Assembly: GCF_006345805.1 (NCBI RefSeq)
Contig: NW_021836152.1
Location: forward strand, 62,001 to 126,000
Direction: 5' to 3'
DNA: 64,000 nt
DNA from: Octopus sinensis
Lineage: Eukaryota
In this document: in pieces, positions 1-12,689 of the stretch
Numbering within the stretch: the first letter of the stretch is position 1
How the letters are laid out: every line of letters starts with the position of its first letter
Notes under the pieces: generated by a model
What the model saw: the letters and a program-made list of their open reading frames with translations, nothing else
What the model was told of the DNA's origin: nothing
Databases searched by the model: none
Translations under genes and position numbers: made by a program

Positions 1-399
1 GGACGTATGTATGCAGGTAAGCTTGATGTATGTATGTATGTATGTATGTATGTATGTATGTATGTATGTATGTATGTATGTATGTATGTATGTATGTATG
101 TATGTATGTATGTGTGTATGTATGTATGCATGTATGTAAGTATTATGAATTGTGTACGCGTGTGTGATTTATTGTGTCACCACTATACAAAAAGGTAAAC
201 AATTCTAATTTCTTACAGAGAGAAAGTTGTGTGAAATATTTTGAGAAGAGGATTGTTGTCTATTTTAGGACCAAAGCTTTGTTGTTTACTTCACTTGACT
301 TAACATTTAGAACATACTTAAACAACCAGCCACTGTCTTGTGTGTCCCGACTACTACTCCTAGAGCCCATAGAAGATTGTTTTTAGTCAACCATCCATC

Positions 400-1860
400 A
401 TGTCAGCTACCTACGCATCGAAACTGAGATCTGCAAGTAGGGCTTCTCATCAAGATGATGGTCCTACCAATAGTCAGCTCAACGAACAGTTGCTGTTGCT
501 CAAACAAGAGGTTGAGCACTTAAAGTCTGTTGTTGCTCTCTTACTGAATAAACAGTCTCCTGTTGACGCAGAGTCACCCTTGATTTCTTCCCTGGAGACG
601 TCCAAACCGAAGGGAACAAAATCGAGGCGGCCAAATAAGGCGAAGGAACCGGCGGTCGTTTCTGCACATGATCGTTCCCGTGCGGATTCTTCCTCATCTG
701 CCTTTTCGGTCCCGGAGGTTCCCCAACCTAATTTGAGGAGCGTAGACTCAAACCCACCTGAAGACCGTTGTTCTCCCCAACAGAAGAAACGTAGTCAAAA
801 CTCCAGTGGGGCGGATTTAGCTATGAAACCTGACCACGATAAACGGTCTCCTGTTGACGCAGGGTCACCCTTGATTTCTTCCCTGGAGACGTCCAAACCG
901 AAGGGAACAAAATCGAAGCGGCCAAAGAAGACGAAGGAACCGGCGGTCGTTCCTGCACATGATCGTTCCTGTGCAGATTCTTCCTCATCTGCCTTTTCGG
1001 TCCCGGAGGTTCCCCAACCTAGTTCGAGGAGCGTAGACTCAAACCCACCTGAAGACCGTTGTTCTCCCCAAAAGAAGAAACGTAGTCAAAACTCCAGAGG
1101 GGCAGATTTGGCTATGAAACCTGATCACGATAAAATCCGTATGGGTTCTCCCTCACCTGTCCTTCCCATTAATGCCATTGCTCAACCAATTCTGAACGAT
1201 CTCGATGTGGGTTCATCTGGGGAGTGGTGCTCCCCCAAACCGAAGAAGAGGCAGTGCAGTTCCAAACCAGGCGGGAAAATTATGACCACTAAATCCATTC
1301 CGATCGACCCCACAGGCCGACATAAGTCCGATGGCTATGAAACCACCCTTTCGAAATCCTCCAATGAAGAATCGAATACCGCAGCTCATAGTAGAGAACT
1401 TTTTGCCCACTCAAGATCGGCAATAATATATGGCAAGGCTGAATCCACCTGTGATACAGGCATAAACCGCCTAAAAGATGACATTAATTTTGTTTCCGTT
1501 TTGGTTGGAAAATTGTTCTCTGTGAACGAAAATGTCAGTGTTCTTAAGGTCGCTCGGCTAGGAAGATTCCAAGCGAATCCAACCGCAGATACTAGACCAC
1601 GCCCAATAAGGGTAATCTTTTCTTCTGATCGGGAGGCTTCAGTCTTTCTGAACAGAGCTCAGACGCATGCCTGGGAGGACCCCAATATGGGTTTTCGCGA
1701 GGAATACTCACTAAGAGAGAGAATTCGCCGGAGGAACCTGATATCCGAGCTAAAGATGAGGAAACAAATGGGAGAGAAGGGTTTACGAATCCAAGATGGA
1801 CAGATAATCAAGTCCTACCTCTGGTCCCATGCTGTAGTGCTGACAGGGAAAGTGATGTGA
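400..1860 (+). CDS. LINE A ORF1 protein (486 aa): coiled-coil-like N-terminus, internal 97-aa tandem repeat, C-terminal RLGR...RPRPIRVIF region
   Basis: Long open ORF directly upstream of and overlapping the endonuclease-RT ORF. The RLG..RPRPI motif is typical of LINE ORF1 RRM/CTD regions. Confidence 0.85.
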   Translation: MSATYASKLRSASRASHQDDGPTNSQLNEQLLLLKQEVEHLKSVVALLLNKQSPVDAESPLISSLETSKPKGTKSRRPNKAKEPAVVSAHDRSRADSSSSAFSVPEVPQPNLRSVDSNPPEDRCSPQQKKRSQNSSGADLAMKPDHDKRSPVDAGSPLISSLETSKPKGTKSKRPKKTKEPAVVPAHDRSCADSSSSAFSVPEVPQPSSRSVDSNPPEDRCSPQKKKRSQNSRGADLAMKPDHDKIRMGSPSPVLPINAIAQPILNDLDVGSSGEWCSPKPKKRQCSSKPGGKIMTTKSIPIDPTGRHKSDGYETTLSKSSNEESNTAAHSRELFAHSRSAIIYGKAESTCDTGINRLKDDINFVSVLVGKLFSVNENVSVLKVARLGRFQANPTADTRPRPIRVIFSSDREASVFLNRAQTHAWEDPNMGFREEYSLRERIRRRNLISELKMRKQMGEKGLRIQDGQIIKSYLWSHAVVLTGKVM

Positions 1861-4424
1861 GGGCAAATCGAAGTGAAGTTGATACCCCCGTCAACGATGC
1901 TATCTCTGATGCCCTTTATTCTGCTTGTTCCCCAACTCCCGCCCCTCAGACTTCACAGCTCAGCATCGTCTACACCAACTCGTGCTCCTTATTCCCAAAG
2001 TTCAGTGAACTATTTACACTGGCCCTACGCGACTCCCCTGATGTGATAGCTATCACCGAGACTTGGCTGACTCCAGCAGTAAAGGACTCAGAGATCCACC
2101 TGCAGGGCTACGTCCTTTTCAGATGTGACAGAGGAAAAAGGCGAGGTGGAGGTGTTGCTGTGTATGTTAAGTCGGAGCACAAACCGTCCTGCGGTATTCT
2201 ACCCACAAATGCTCAACCTACAACCAAATTCGATGCCGTCTATTGCAAGCTGAGCCTATCTGAGTTTTGCCTGCCCGTGTTGGCTGTCTACAGGCCGCCT
2301 CTAGCCGACCCCCAGGACGATGCTCATCTACTCGAAGCGATAAGATTCGTTTCAGCTTCGCATGACTGCTTGGTACTAGGCGACTTCAACGCTCCCACGA
2401 TCGATTGGCCCGCATCAATTTGTACAACATCTTCCCGGTTCGGCCAGGCCCTTCTTGACGTGGCTGAAGATTGTTTTCTATCGCAACATGTTGAATATCC
2501 GACAAGGCATCGGTCTGGGCAGCAGCCATCCATGCTAGATCTGGTATTCTCCCGCTATCCAAGATCAGTGTCAGACGTATCTGTGTGCGCCCCTCTTGCC
2601 AAGAGTGATCATGCGGTCCTGAAGTTCGTCATGCACACAACTTTTTCCACGCCCACGATTACTTCGCTGCCACGTAGAGTCTTCTCTGCAATTAATCTTG
2701 AAATTCTAACCGAGGCTTCCGCGCTTCTGGACTGGCGTTCCCTGATGACGTTGTCCTCAGTTGACGAACTATGGTCATCCCTCAAAGCATATGTAATCTG
2801 TTTGACTGACCAGGCAGTTCCCGTTGGACTTCCCAAGAGGAAGAAACACAAGCCCTGGGTGACGAAGAAGGTTAAACGAGAACGTCGACTCAGAGATATT
2901 GCTTGGGCTGAATTCAAAAATCTGGATTCGACTGCAGCTTTTGAGGTGTACAAAACTCAACGAGACCGAGCCGTGAAAATTGAAAAGAAAGAACGCTTCA
3001 GTTATGAATACAAAATCGCGGCAAATGCCAGTAGCAATCCAAAAACCTTCTTTGCCCATGTCCAGCGGAATTCCCGCTTGAACAACCAGATTGCAACGTT
3101 GGTAGACTCAACAGGCGTATCGATTGAGGACCCTTATCAACAGAGTCAATTATTTGCCGAGGCTTTTTCAACTATTTTCAAACAAGATGATGGTCGTGAA
3201 CCCCCTCCATTTGATAGATCGGTACCTCCAATGCTTCGATTGATCATCACGCAGGACCAAGTCAAACGTGTTATTCAAGGCCTCGATGTCAACAAGGGTC
3301 ACGGCCCTGACGGCATACACCCACGGGTTATCAAAGCGTTGGCTCCGGTCATCTGCGAGCCCTTAACATGACTATTCAATATGTCATTGGCGACGGGTGT
3401 TATACCTGCAGACTGGAGAACAGCGATAATCTGCCCAATTTTCAAGAAAGGGAGCCGCGAAGACCCGCTTAACTACCGACCGGTTTCCCTTACATCAATA
3501 ATCATCAAGATGTTCGAAACCATCCTTAAGAAAAGTATGATGCTCCACCTCCTAAACACAGCCTCGATCACTGATTCCCAACACGGCTTCGTGCCGAAGA
3601 GATCATGCTTGACCAACTTACTAGTAATGGAAGAATTGGTGACGCGCATCCTCGATGATAGTGATGCTGTTGACATCGTTTTATTGGACTTTGCCAAAGC
3701 TTTTGACTCGGTAAACCACCGCCTACTACTTGTCAAGCTTCAAGCATATAGTTTCCATCCGGATATTGTACGATGGGTTGGTGCCTTCCTCTCAGATCGC
3801 TCCTTCCAAGTCCAAGTTAATGGTTCGCGGTCCGACGTCTCCAGTGCGAGCAGTGGCGTGCCTCAAGGTTCAGTGCTTGGGCCCTTATTGTTCTTAGTCT
3901 TCATAAATGACTTGCCCGACGACCTCACGCAACACACCCTTCTATTTGCCGACGATGTCAAACTGGTCGCTCCTCGCAGTGATATAGAGGATCTTCGTCG
4001 ATGCCTCCACCAAATTTGGAGGTGGTCTAACGAATGGGACCTGTGTCTGAACGTGTCAAAGTGCTGTCATCTGCCTGTTGGCTCTCCTCCTGCAACTCAA
4101 CTTGATTTCGAGCTGGGTCGTCTGCTGCTAGAGAGGACCGATCAGGTAAAGGACCTGGGTATCTTGGTGGATTCCTCCTTTTCGCCTTCAGCCCAGTGCG
4201 TCCATGCTGCCAACAAAGCACGCGGAATTCTGTTCTTGATTCGACGGTCATTCGGAATGCTCACAGCAGCCATATTCCTACCACTCTATGTCACGCTGGT
4301 GAGACCCATATTGGAATACGGGATTCAAGCCTCTTCTCCTTATCTCCTCAAAGACATACAGCATCTCGAAAGAGTCCAGAAGCTGGCTACCCGCATGGTT
4401 CATGGTCTCAAAAATTTGTCCTAG
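1857..4424 (+). pseudogene. LINE A ORF2 (APE endonuclease + reverse transcriptase), interrupted by TGA at 3369-3371 and truncated
   Basis: APE motifs (ITETWL, GGGVAVY, GDFNAP, SDH) and RT motifs (YRPVSL, QHGF, DFAKAFD, GVPQGSVLGP, FADD). The mirror copy reads CGA where this copy reads TGA. Confidence 0.92.
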
Positions 4425-4435
4425 GAAGACAAATT

Positions 4436-4635
4436 AATATCATTATTATTAATATTATTATTATTAATATTAATATTACTATTATTATTATTATTATTTT
4501 TATTATTCTTATTAGTATTCTTATTATTATCATTATCATTATTATTATCATTATTATTATTATCATTAATATTATTATTATTATTATTATTATCATTATC
4601 ATTAACATTATCATTATCATTATTATTTTTTATTA

Positions 4636-4676
<41 letters not shown>

Positions 4677-4770
4677 ATATATTATTGTTATTATTGTTAT
4701 TATTATTATTATTGTTGTTGTTGTTGTTGTTACTATTATTAATATTATAATAATGATAATAATAATAAAT
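4436..4770. repeat. (TAT/CAT/TGT)n compound microsatellite
   Basis: Direct inspection. Confidence 0.95.
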
Positions 4771-5089
4771 CGACCCCAGGACTTATTCTTTGGAAGCCTA
4801 GTACTTATTGTATCTGTCTCTTTTGCCGAACCACTAAGTTACGGGGACATAAACACACCAGCATTGGTCGTCAAGCAATGTTGGGGTTGACAAGCACAAA
4901 CACACACACACATACACATATGTGTGATGGGCTTCTTTCAGTTTCTGTCTACCAAATCCACTCATAAGGCTTTGGTCGGCCCAAGGCTATTGTAGAAGAC
5001 ACTTCCCCAATGTGCCACGCAGTGGGACTGAACCCAGAACCATGTGGTTGGTAAGCAAGCTACTTACCACACAGCCACTCCTACACCTG
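4771..5089 (-). mobile_element. tRNA-derived SINE
   Basis: The minus-strand head AGGAGTGGCTGTGTGGTAAG...GGTTCTGGGTTCAGTCCC has A-box and B-box like motifs. The body contains (CA)n. Confidence 0.75.
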
Positions 5090-5101
5090 TAGTGTGTGAC
5101 A

Positions 5102-5214
5102 CTTACAGCACCTATGTTTCTCAAGCGGTCACCCATCTAAGTACTAACTAGGCTCGACATTACTTAACTTCGGTGATTGCACAAGAACCAATGCTTTCAA
5201 CGTGATATGGTAAT
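5102..5214 (-). pseudogene. 5S rRNA pseudogene
   Basis: Reverse complement reads ...CCATATCACGTTGAAAGCATTGGTTCTTGTGCAATCACCGAAGTTAAGTAATGTCGAGCCTAGTTAGTACTTAGATGGGTGACCGCTTGAGAAACATAGGTGCTGTAAG. It is colinear with eukaryotic 5S rRNA and carries many transition mismatches. Confidence 0.88.
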
Positions 5215-5582
5215 GAAAATGTTTTTGTTTGAAATTATTGAAAAAAACTACCCAATAAAACACATTAACTATTCAACTTCTGTAATAAGCAATATGTTCC
5301 ATAGAAATGAGAAGGGAAAAATCAAATAAAGTTCTATTGAAATTATTGAACATTGAAACTAGAATATCAGAAATACTTAATATCTTAAAATTTTGGTTTA
5401 TCTTCCCCCCCTCCCTCCTTTGAATATGCTAATTGAAGCTACTGATCTGATCCATTGAAGATGTAAATGTTAGAGAATTCTGAATTATTATCTGAAATTA
5501 TTAATATTTTGCAAATATTTGGTATATATATCTTCTTGTTATACATACATAAGTACACCCCGTATCACACACATGTAATTTA

Positions 5583-5632
<50 letters not shown>

Positions 5633-5654
5633 CATTATAATGCACATACACACA

Positions 5655-6440
5655 CAAAATACTATCATCATTTTGCATCTGTTTTCCATGCATGGGTAGG
5701 ATGGTTTAGTGGGATTCAGTGAGGCAGAGAACTATATCTTTGCTCAAATAACTCATTTTTGGCATGGCTCCTATGAATTGATGCCCTTCCTAACTCCCAG
5801 CTGTAGAAACCATACCCAAACTGTGACCTTGGTGCAAAGAGGATGGTCCTCCAACTCACTATACATAATACATACATACCAGTACCGGTGGTACGTAAGA
5901 GAACCATCTGAACGTGGCTGTTGCCAGCGCTGCCCCAATGGCCTCGTGCCGGTGGCACGTAAAAAGCACTATCCGATCGTGACCGTTGCCAGCCTTGCCT
6001 GGCCCCTGTGCTGGTGGCACGTAAAAAGCACCACCCATTCGTGGCCGTTTGCCAGCCTCGTCTGGCACGTAAAAAGCAACCACTACACTCACGGAGTGGT
6101 TGGCGTTTGGAGGGGCGTCCAGCTGTAGAAACAATGCCAGATCAGATTGGCTTCCCAGACCCCAGTTGAACCGTCCAACCCATGCTAGCGTAGAAGGCGG
6201 ACGCTAAACGACGATGATGATGATGATATTTATATATACACATTCACACACACACACACACATATATATACACTTATGTATCACCATCATCATCATTTGG
6301 TGTCCCCTTTTCCATGCTAGTGTATGTTGGACCGTTTGACAAGAACAGACAAGCCAGAGAGCTGCGCCAGGTTCTGTGTCTGCTTTGGCATGATTTCTAC
6401 GGCTGGATGCCCCTCCATAACGCCAACCATTTCAGAAAGT
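5655..6440. mobile_element. Cluster of RTE-tailed SINE/non-autonomous repeat fragments in both orientations
   Basis: Recurrent CCAGCTGTAGAAAC and AACCCATGCTAGC...GATGATGATG tail. GGCACGTAAAAAGCA occurs three times at 5955-6080. Confidence 0.6.
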
Positions 6441-6994
6441 GTAATGGATGCTTATTACATGCCACTAATACCATTGATGTTACCAAGTACCTATAAGGCA
6501 AAACAAAAGTGGGAGTATATAATGGAGGAATAAGAAACTAGGATAGAAGGTCAGGAGTAGGTATCTTGCTGAAGAGGTGAATGTATAGCTTGACCACCTA
6601 GAAAGAGAGGAAGCGAAAGAAATCAAAGTACAAGGTGAATATGAGAGACAGATATGTATATATTCACATATTTTGTCTGCTACTAGTACTTATGTTAAAA
6701 AGCACAGAAGTATCAATAACAGATGAAAAGTCTCCAGCACTGGTGATGGAATTGCTAGATCGCATGATCTCTGCTTATTTGAGTATCCACTATCAACTGC
6801 ATGCTTAGACAAATTTCTTCTTTGCTTGATACATTAAAAAAAACAGTGATTAATCAGTCACCAGTGTTGCAAATAGCTGGTGTGTTGGGTAAAAATTCAT
6901 TAATGGAAGCTGTATAAATATCATATATATACATATTTATATGCATGTATCTATCTGTCTATATGGATATCTATGTATATATGCAGGTAGATTT

Positions 6995-7032
<38 letters not shown>

Positions 7033-7220
7033 AAAGTTTACGAAAAAAAACAAAAGACGAAGACAGGTGGTGTACAAAACAAACAGATGTATTAGTATAG
7101 CGCTCAGGAATAGAAAAAGTCTTTTACGTTTCGAGCTTATGCTCTTCTACAGAAAGGTACACAGAAAAAACAAGGAGAGAAGCATGAGAGAGAGAGATAG
7201 GATGGGGGAGAGAAATATGG

Positions 7221-7273
<53 letters not shown>

Positions 7274-7818
7274 GGTATGTGTCCTAGTAGATAGGGTTTG
7301 TACTGACAATCGCAAGATAGTGGCTTCAATTTCCAGACTGGTGGTACACTGTGTTCTTGAGCAGAACAATTCATTTCACATTGCTCCCGTCCCTGCAATG
7401 GTCTGGCGTTCCATTCAATGGGAGTGTTGGTCTTCCTACCTAACCAGTGAGGTAGCATCATTAGAAAGCTGCAATTCAGGGAAGTGCATTGTGATCAGCA
7501 GTTTTTAACTACATCTGATGGTCTGGTTGATATACACACACAATATATTGGAATAAGGATTTCAAAATCAGGGCAAATACTTTATAAGCACTATGTCAGT
7601 TAGTCAATTTGAAGTTTGCTTTGAAGAATTTCACATAAAATTACAGAGTATATTAAAAAGTCACAAAGAAGAATGAATAATTACACATCTTTAATTGATA
7701 GTTTACAACATATAAAATGCCAACACATTTCTGTTACACAAGCGTTTTGGAATCCTTGGATATGATGGTTTAGCACACTTATCAATTCACATTAAAGTGA
7801 TTATAGTACCATATAGCT

Positions 7819-8925
7819 CCGCCTACTACTTGTCAAGCTTCAAGCATATAGTTTCCATCCGGATATTGTACGATGGGTTGGTGCCTTCCTCTCAGATCGC
7901 TCCTTCCAAGTCCAAGTTAATGGTTCGCGGTCCGACGTCTCCAGTGCGAGCAGTGGCGTGCCTCAAGGTTCAGTGCTTGGGCCCTTGTTGTTCTTAGTCT
8001 TCATAAATGACTTGCCCGACGACCTCACGCAACACACCCTTCTATTTGCCGACGATATCAAACTGGTCGCTCCTCGCGGTAGTATAGAGGATCTTCGTCG
8101 ATGCCTCCACCAAATTTGGAAGTGGTCTAACAATTGGGACCTGTGTCTGAACGTGTCAAAGTGCTGTCATCTGCCTGTCGGCTCTACTCCTGCAACTCAA
8201 CTTGATTTCGAGCCGGGTCGTCTGCTGCTGGAGAGGACCGATCAGGTAAAGGACCTGGGTATCTTGGTGGATTCCTCCTTTTCGCCTTCGGCCCAGTGCG
8301 TCCATGCTGCCAACAAAGCGCGCGGAATTCTGTTTTTGATTCGACGGTCATTCGGAATGCTCACATCAGCCATATTCCTACCACTCTATGTCACGCTGGT
8401 GAGACCTATATTGGAGTATGGGATTCAAGCCTCTTCTCCTTATCTCCTCAAATACATAAAGCACCTCGAAAGAGTCCAGAGGCTGGCTACCCGCATGGTT
8501 CATGGTCTCAAAAATTTGTCCTACGAAGAAAGGCTGAGGACGCTCGACCTTTGTTCTCTTGAAAAACGCCGCCGCCGTGGTGATCTCATTCTCGCCCACA
8601 ACATCATAAGCGGGAAGTGTAACCTCTCGAAAGAGCTGTTCTTCACTCCTGCTCCGGAGCGTCGGCTGCGGGGTCATTCCGAAAAGCTCTACCTGCGACG
8701 ATTTCATCTCAATCGAAGGAGAGGAGCTTTCTCCGTCCGGGTTGCGGATCCGTGGAACAAGCTGCCAGACGAGATGGTGAAGATGCCGACGACCGCTTTG
8801 TTCAAAGCCTCCCTGGACCTCAAGTGGCCTGAACTCTTTACATGAACACCACCCTGTACTTAACTCCATGTCCCCCTACATGGCCTTGCTATTTGCTTTT
8901 GAGCCAAATTAACTAAATAACTAAC
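7819..8925 (+). mobile_element. LINE A 3' fragment (RT C-terminal half, ORF 7958-8845, (CTAA)n-like tail)
   Basis: Near-identical to 3719-4428, then continues to the natural C-terminus (...DPWNKLP...). Short tandem tail at 8909-8925; the mirror has (TTAG)n. Confidence 0.9.
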
Positions 8926-9131
8926 AATGAATCAGAATTTTAATGCAATGACATCGACGCAGTACTGCAATGTGGTGGTAAACAATCATCATCATCATCA
9001 TCAACCTCAGCTTTATATTATATATACGTATAAGTATATTATACATACATATGTATATGTGGGCGTATATATATATATTATTAAATATAAGGGTAGCAAA
9101 AATTCTAGAAAAAATTCTCCGCTACAAGCGG

Positions 9132-9177
<46 letters not shown>

Positions 9178-9180
<3 letters not shown>

Positions 9181-9385
9181 TTCAGTTGATCACTTGACCG
9201 ACCAGTCCGTCAGGCGTCCACTTGACATCGCTGGTCACAGCACGCTGTTAATTCCTCTCTGGATCGCGCCTTTCTCATCCACGTGATCCCAATCGTCATC
9301 CTGAAATCGTAACTCCACCGTCGTGGAGGTCTTCCGGGTGGTCTTTCCGCTCGCGCGGGTACCACTCGGCAACTGCATGGGTCTA
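9178..9385. mobile_element. Repeat fragment embedded in (AT)n, probably an RTE 3' end
   Basis: Starts ATCAC.TGATCAC.TGACCGAC like 48614-48732. Mirror at ~38350-38558. Family assignment is from memory. Confidence 0.45.
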
Positions 9386-9444
9386 CTGATTATATATATA
9401 TATATATATATATATCCTTGTTCGCACTAACCCAAGATCCGTTA

Positions 9445-9553
<109 letters not shown>

Positions 9554-10117
9554 TATACATATATACATATAGACATACAGATAGATAGATAAATAGATAG
9601 ATAAGATAGATAGATTGATGAGATACATAGGTAGATAAGATAGGTATATATAAAGATAAGTGTATATATATATATAAAATGACATTTGTCTGGCCAGCCT
9701 ACGCACAGCACACACTCAGTGACACGAGACTGGACAGAGAACAGAGCCAAATTCTTAGAAAACCACAGGGGGTCCAGTAAACCAACGGAATAACAATAAT
9801 TCTTCTTCCCTATCAGATACAAACGCACACACGCACACACACACACATACACACACACACACATACACATACACACATGTTTTCTCTGTCTCACTTCCTC
9901 CTCACCCTTTTATACTGTTTTATTCCTCCCCACCACTACTACGAAACTATAAAATGTTCAAATTACTCACAAGGAATTGATTTGAAAAGCCCACTCGATT
10001 GGGAGAAAGCGCTAATCCGAATGATATGATCTGAATGATATGATATATATGTAAAAAATGTAATATATAAATAAATATCTATAAATATGAACCATCCGAT
10101 CTGATTACCTCATTTTT

Positions 10118-10187
<70 letters not shown>

Positions 10188-10198
10188 CTATATGGATC

Positions 10199-10279
<81 letters not shown>

Positions 10280-11329
10280 GTAGATAGAGGCTTACATAGA
10301 TAGATAGATAGATAGAGTGATAGACAGATAGATATAATATATGTGTGTGTCCGTGTAATTATAATAAGGGCTTAGAAATAAATTTGCTAGCTATATGCTG
10401 AGAAAAAGATATTGATGACGACCGTAACGAATATGATGAGCTGGAGGGGGATTGTGAAGATTATCATAATCAAGATGATGATCATTTGAATGAGAAGATG
10501 AGCTATAAATTTTCCAGTGGAGTTGTTAAATGAACAAAATCCACGTGAATTCCACCTCATATTCTGGTGATGAACGTTTGGAGTATTATAATGTGAGAAC
10601 GAAACCTCAGACCCCTGAAGAGTTTACTAAATAGAACATGAGCAATAATTATAGAAGAGTGCAACCATCTTCTTTATACAGCAGAAATATTTACTGGCAA
10701 CAGTTAAGAAGAATGGGTTTTCATTTCACGAATTTATTTCTCACATGGCGAGACAAATCTACTTTTTCAGCATAATCACAGCCAGTTCCCCTTGATACTA
10801 TTCTTTGTTATTGTAAACATAGTTTTCTCCCAGACCTACCAGATGCAAGTGAAACGAAAAGAATGCTTCCTCACTCTAAATGGCATCAACTATTCTCTCA
10901 AACAACTATTTGTCTGAAATGAAGTCTTTTGATTCCCTCCTCAAATTAAGTTCGGTCCTCCAAAATATCCGTTTGAACATTAGAATGAAAATTAAGAACT
11001 GGGTCTGGTAAGCCTAATGTGGTACAACTAACACCATGCAATCACAATATCAAATCTATTCCCTGTATGAATTGTTAAAGGAAATTTTAAAGTAGCTTCG
11101 TTAAAAGTCTTCAATGAATGTACTTTCAATCAGCTGATACAGTTCTACAGGGTATTTAAGCGCGTCAACTGCATATAGCTATGCATAGCTTCGCCTCGGT
11201 TAAGATTGGCGAAACATCAATACCTGCAGATTCTTCTAGACATCTCATTCACTTACCATCATAACTACGTAAAGTATATTTTTCTGCTGTCTTCGATAAT
11301 GTTTCAAATACTTCAGCTTTTCGATTCCC

Positions 11330-12390
11330 AGTCGGTAAATCTTTAAAATTTAAGGCTCCTCGAATATATAATAGTAATGGAGGAAGATAAAATCTATCGG
11401 GCGGACATAAGAAATCTTGGGTGGCCACAAGAAGGAGAACAACAACAACACGACTCTGCAAAGTTAGCTATAGTAAATATAGCCTCATATGCAGGTAACA
11501 ATGATGAAATTTCATAAAGAGCCTCAAGTGTAACAGTAGGAGATAGGGAAACCAAAAGTCCAAAGGGGTTGAAGACCTTTAAAAAAAATGAAGTAAGATT
11601 ATCTGACTGGCAAGAGAAGGCTTTGCACGGTAGATCTCCAAAGATAATCTCAGGAGAAAATAATGAGACAGCTGTGGATTCACAAAGCAAGGCTGAAAAG
11701 GGAAACAAAACTGTTGCTAGTAATAACACAAGGTTTGATATTGAGGACTATTTGGATAAAATCCAGGATAGAAGAAAATCAGGCAGATTAACAAAGCAGG
11801 TTAAGTAAATCAAAGGGTAAAGAACTACTCATGATAAGTTGTGTAGAATAATCCAGAGGAAATTATGTAGATAGCTAGAAATTGACCATACAGATAAGTG
11901 TTATAAATATGAATCTAGTAAAGTGCTAGAAAATAAGAAAAAATATAAGACATAGTGGGATTTTATTATTCAGGCCGAGAGATTAATAGAAGCTACAAAG
12001 CCTCATTTAGAAGTAGTAGCCTAAGAGAAAGGAAAGTGTCAGGTAATTGACTTTACAATCCCAAATGATGAGAAAATCAATATGGAAACTATACAGAAAA
12101 TAGCAAAGTACCAGGGTCTAGCCATTCAGTTATAGAGGCTAGAAAATGTGTGGATAAAATGTATCCCTGTAGCTATAAGTGCATTACGAATTATCCCTAA
12201 GGGTTTCACAAAGAAATAGAAAAACTAGGCGTAAAACCTACTTTAGTGCAGCTCCAGGAAAGCGTGTTATTAGGGACAGCTAGGAAACTTAGGAAGGTTT
12301 TTCGCATATAAGGTTACTTGCTGTAGCCCAATGTTAAGAACTTTTCTTGTTCCAGTCTAATCTGTTGTGCGTAGAGGAAATAATAATTCT
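11330..12390 (+). pseudogene. Degenerate R4/Dong-like retrotransposon 3' end (restriction-like endonuclease)
   Basis: Broken frames give WDF.IQ, C.VIDFTIPND, KIAKYQGLAI, IPVAISAL, LQESVLLGTARKLRKVF, followed by a short AATAAT tail. Mirror ~31300-32370 on the minus strand. Confidence 0.75.
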
Positions 12391-12513
12391 TACTTGTAAA
12401 TAAAATGGGCTGTTTTTTTCCTAATTTTGGTGGTGGGGACTAGATGATTACATCGACCCCGATGTAATTTATCAACCCCGAAAGGATCAAATATAAAATC
12501 GATTTCGCCGCTC

Positions 12514-12562
<49 letters not shown>

Positions 12563-12603
12563 CAACCCCGAAAGGATCAAATATAAAATCGATTTCGCCG
12601 CTC

Positions 12604-12684
<81 letters not shown>

Positions 12685-12689
<5 letters not shown>

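Larger units (their letters stand above)
140..4428 (+). mobile_element. LINE family A (CR1/L2-like non-LTR retrotransposon), 3'-truncated copy
   Basis: ORF1 plus APE-RT ORF2. Homology with the 7819-8925 copy stops at ~4428, where a (TAT)n tract begins. Confidence 0.9.

Noticed and set aside
7-198. Many ORFs of [12 protein letters not shown], poly-I, poly-Y, poly-M/K type throughout the window
   Set aside because: They are translations of (ATGT)n, (AT)n, (TAT)n and (CTT/CAT)n microsatellites with no coding evidence.
10380-10540. Acidic open stretch DIDDDRNEYDELEGDCEDY...
   Set aside because: Short, ends in a stop, has no splice or domain support, and is probably decayed transposon sequence.
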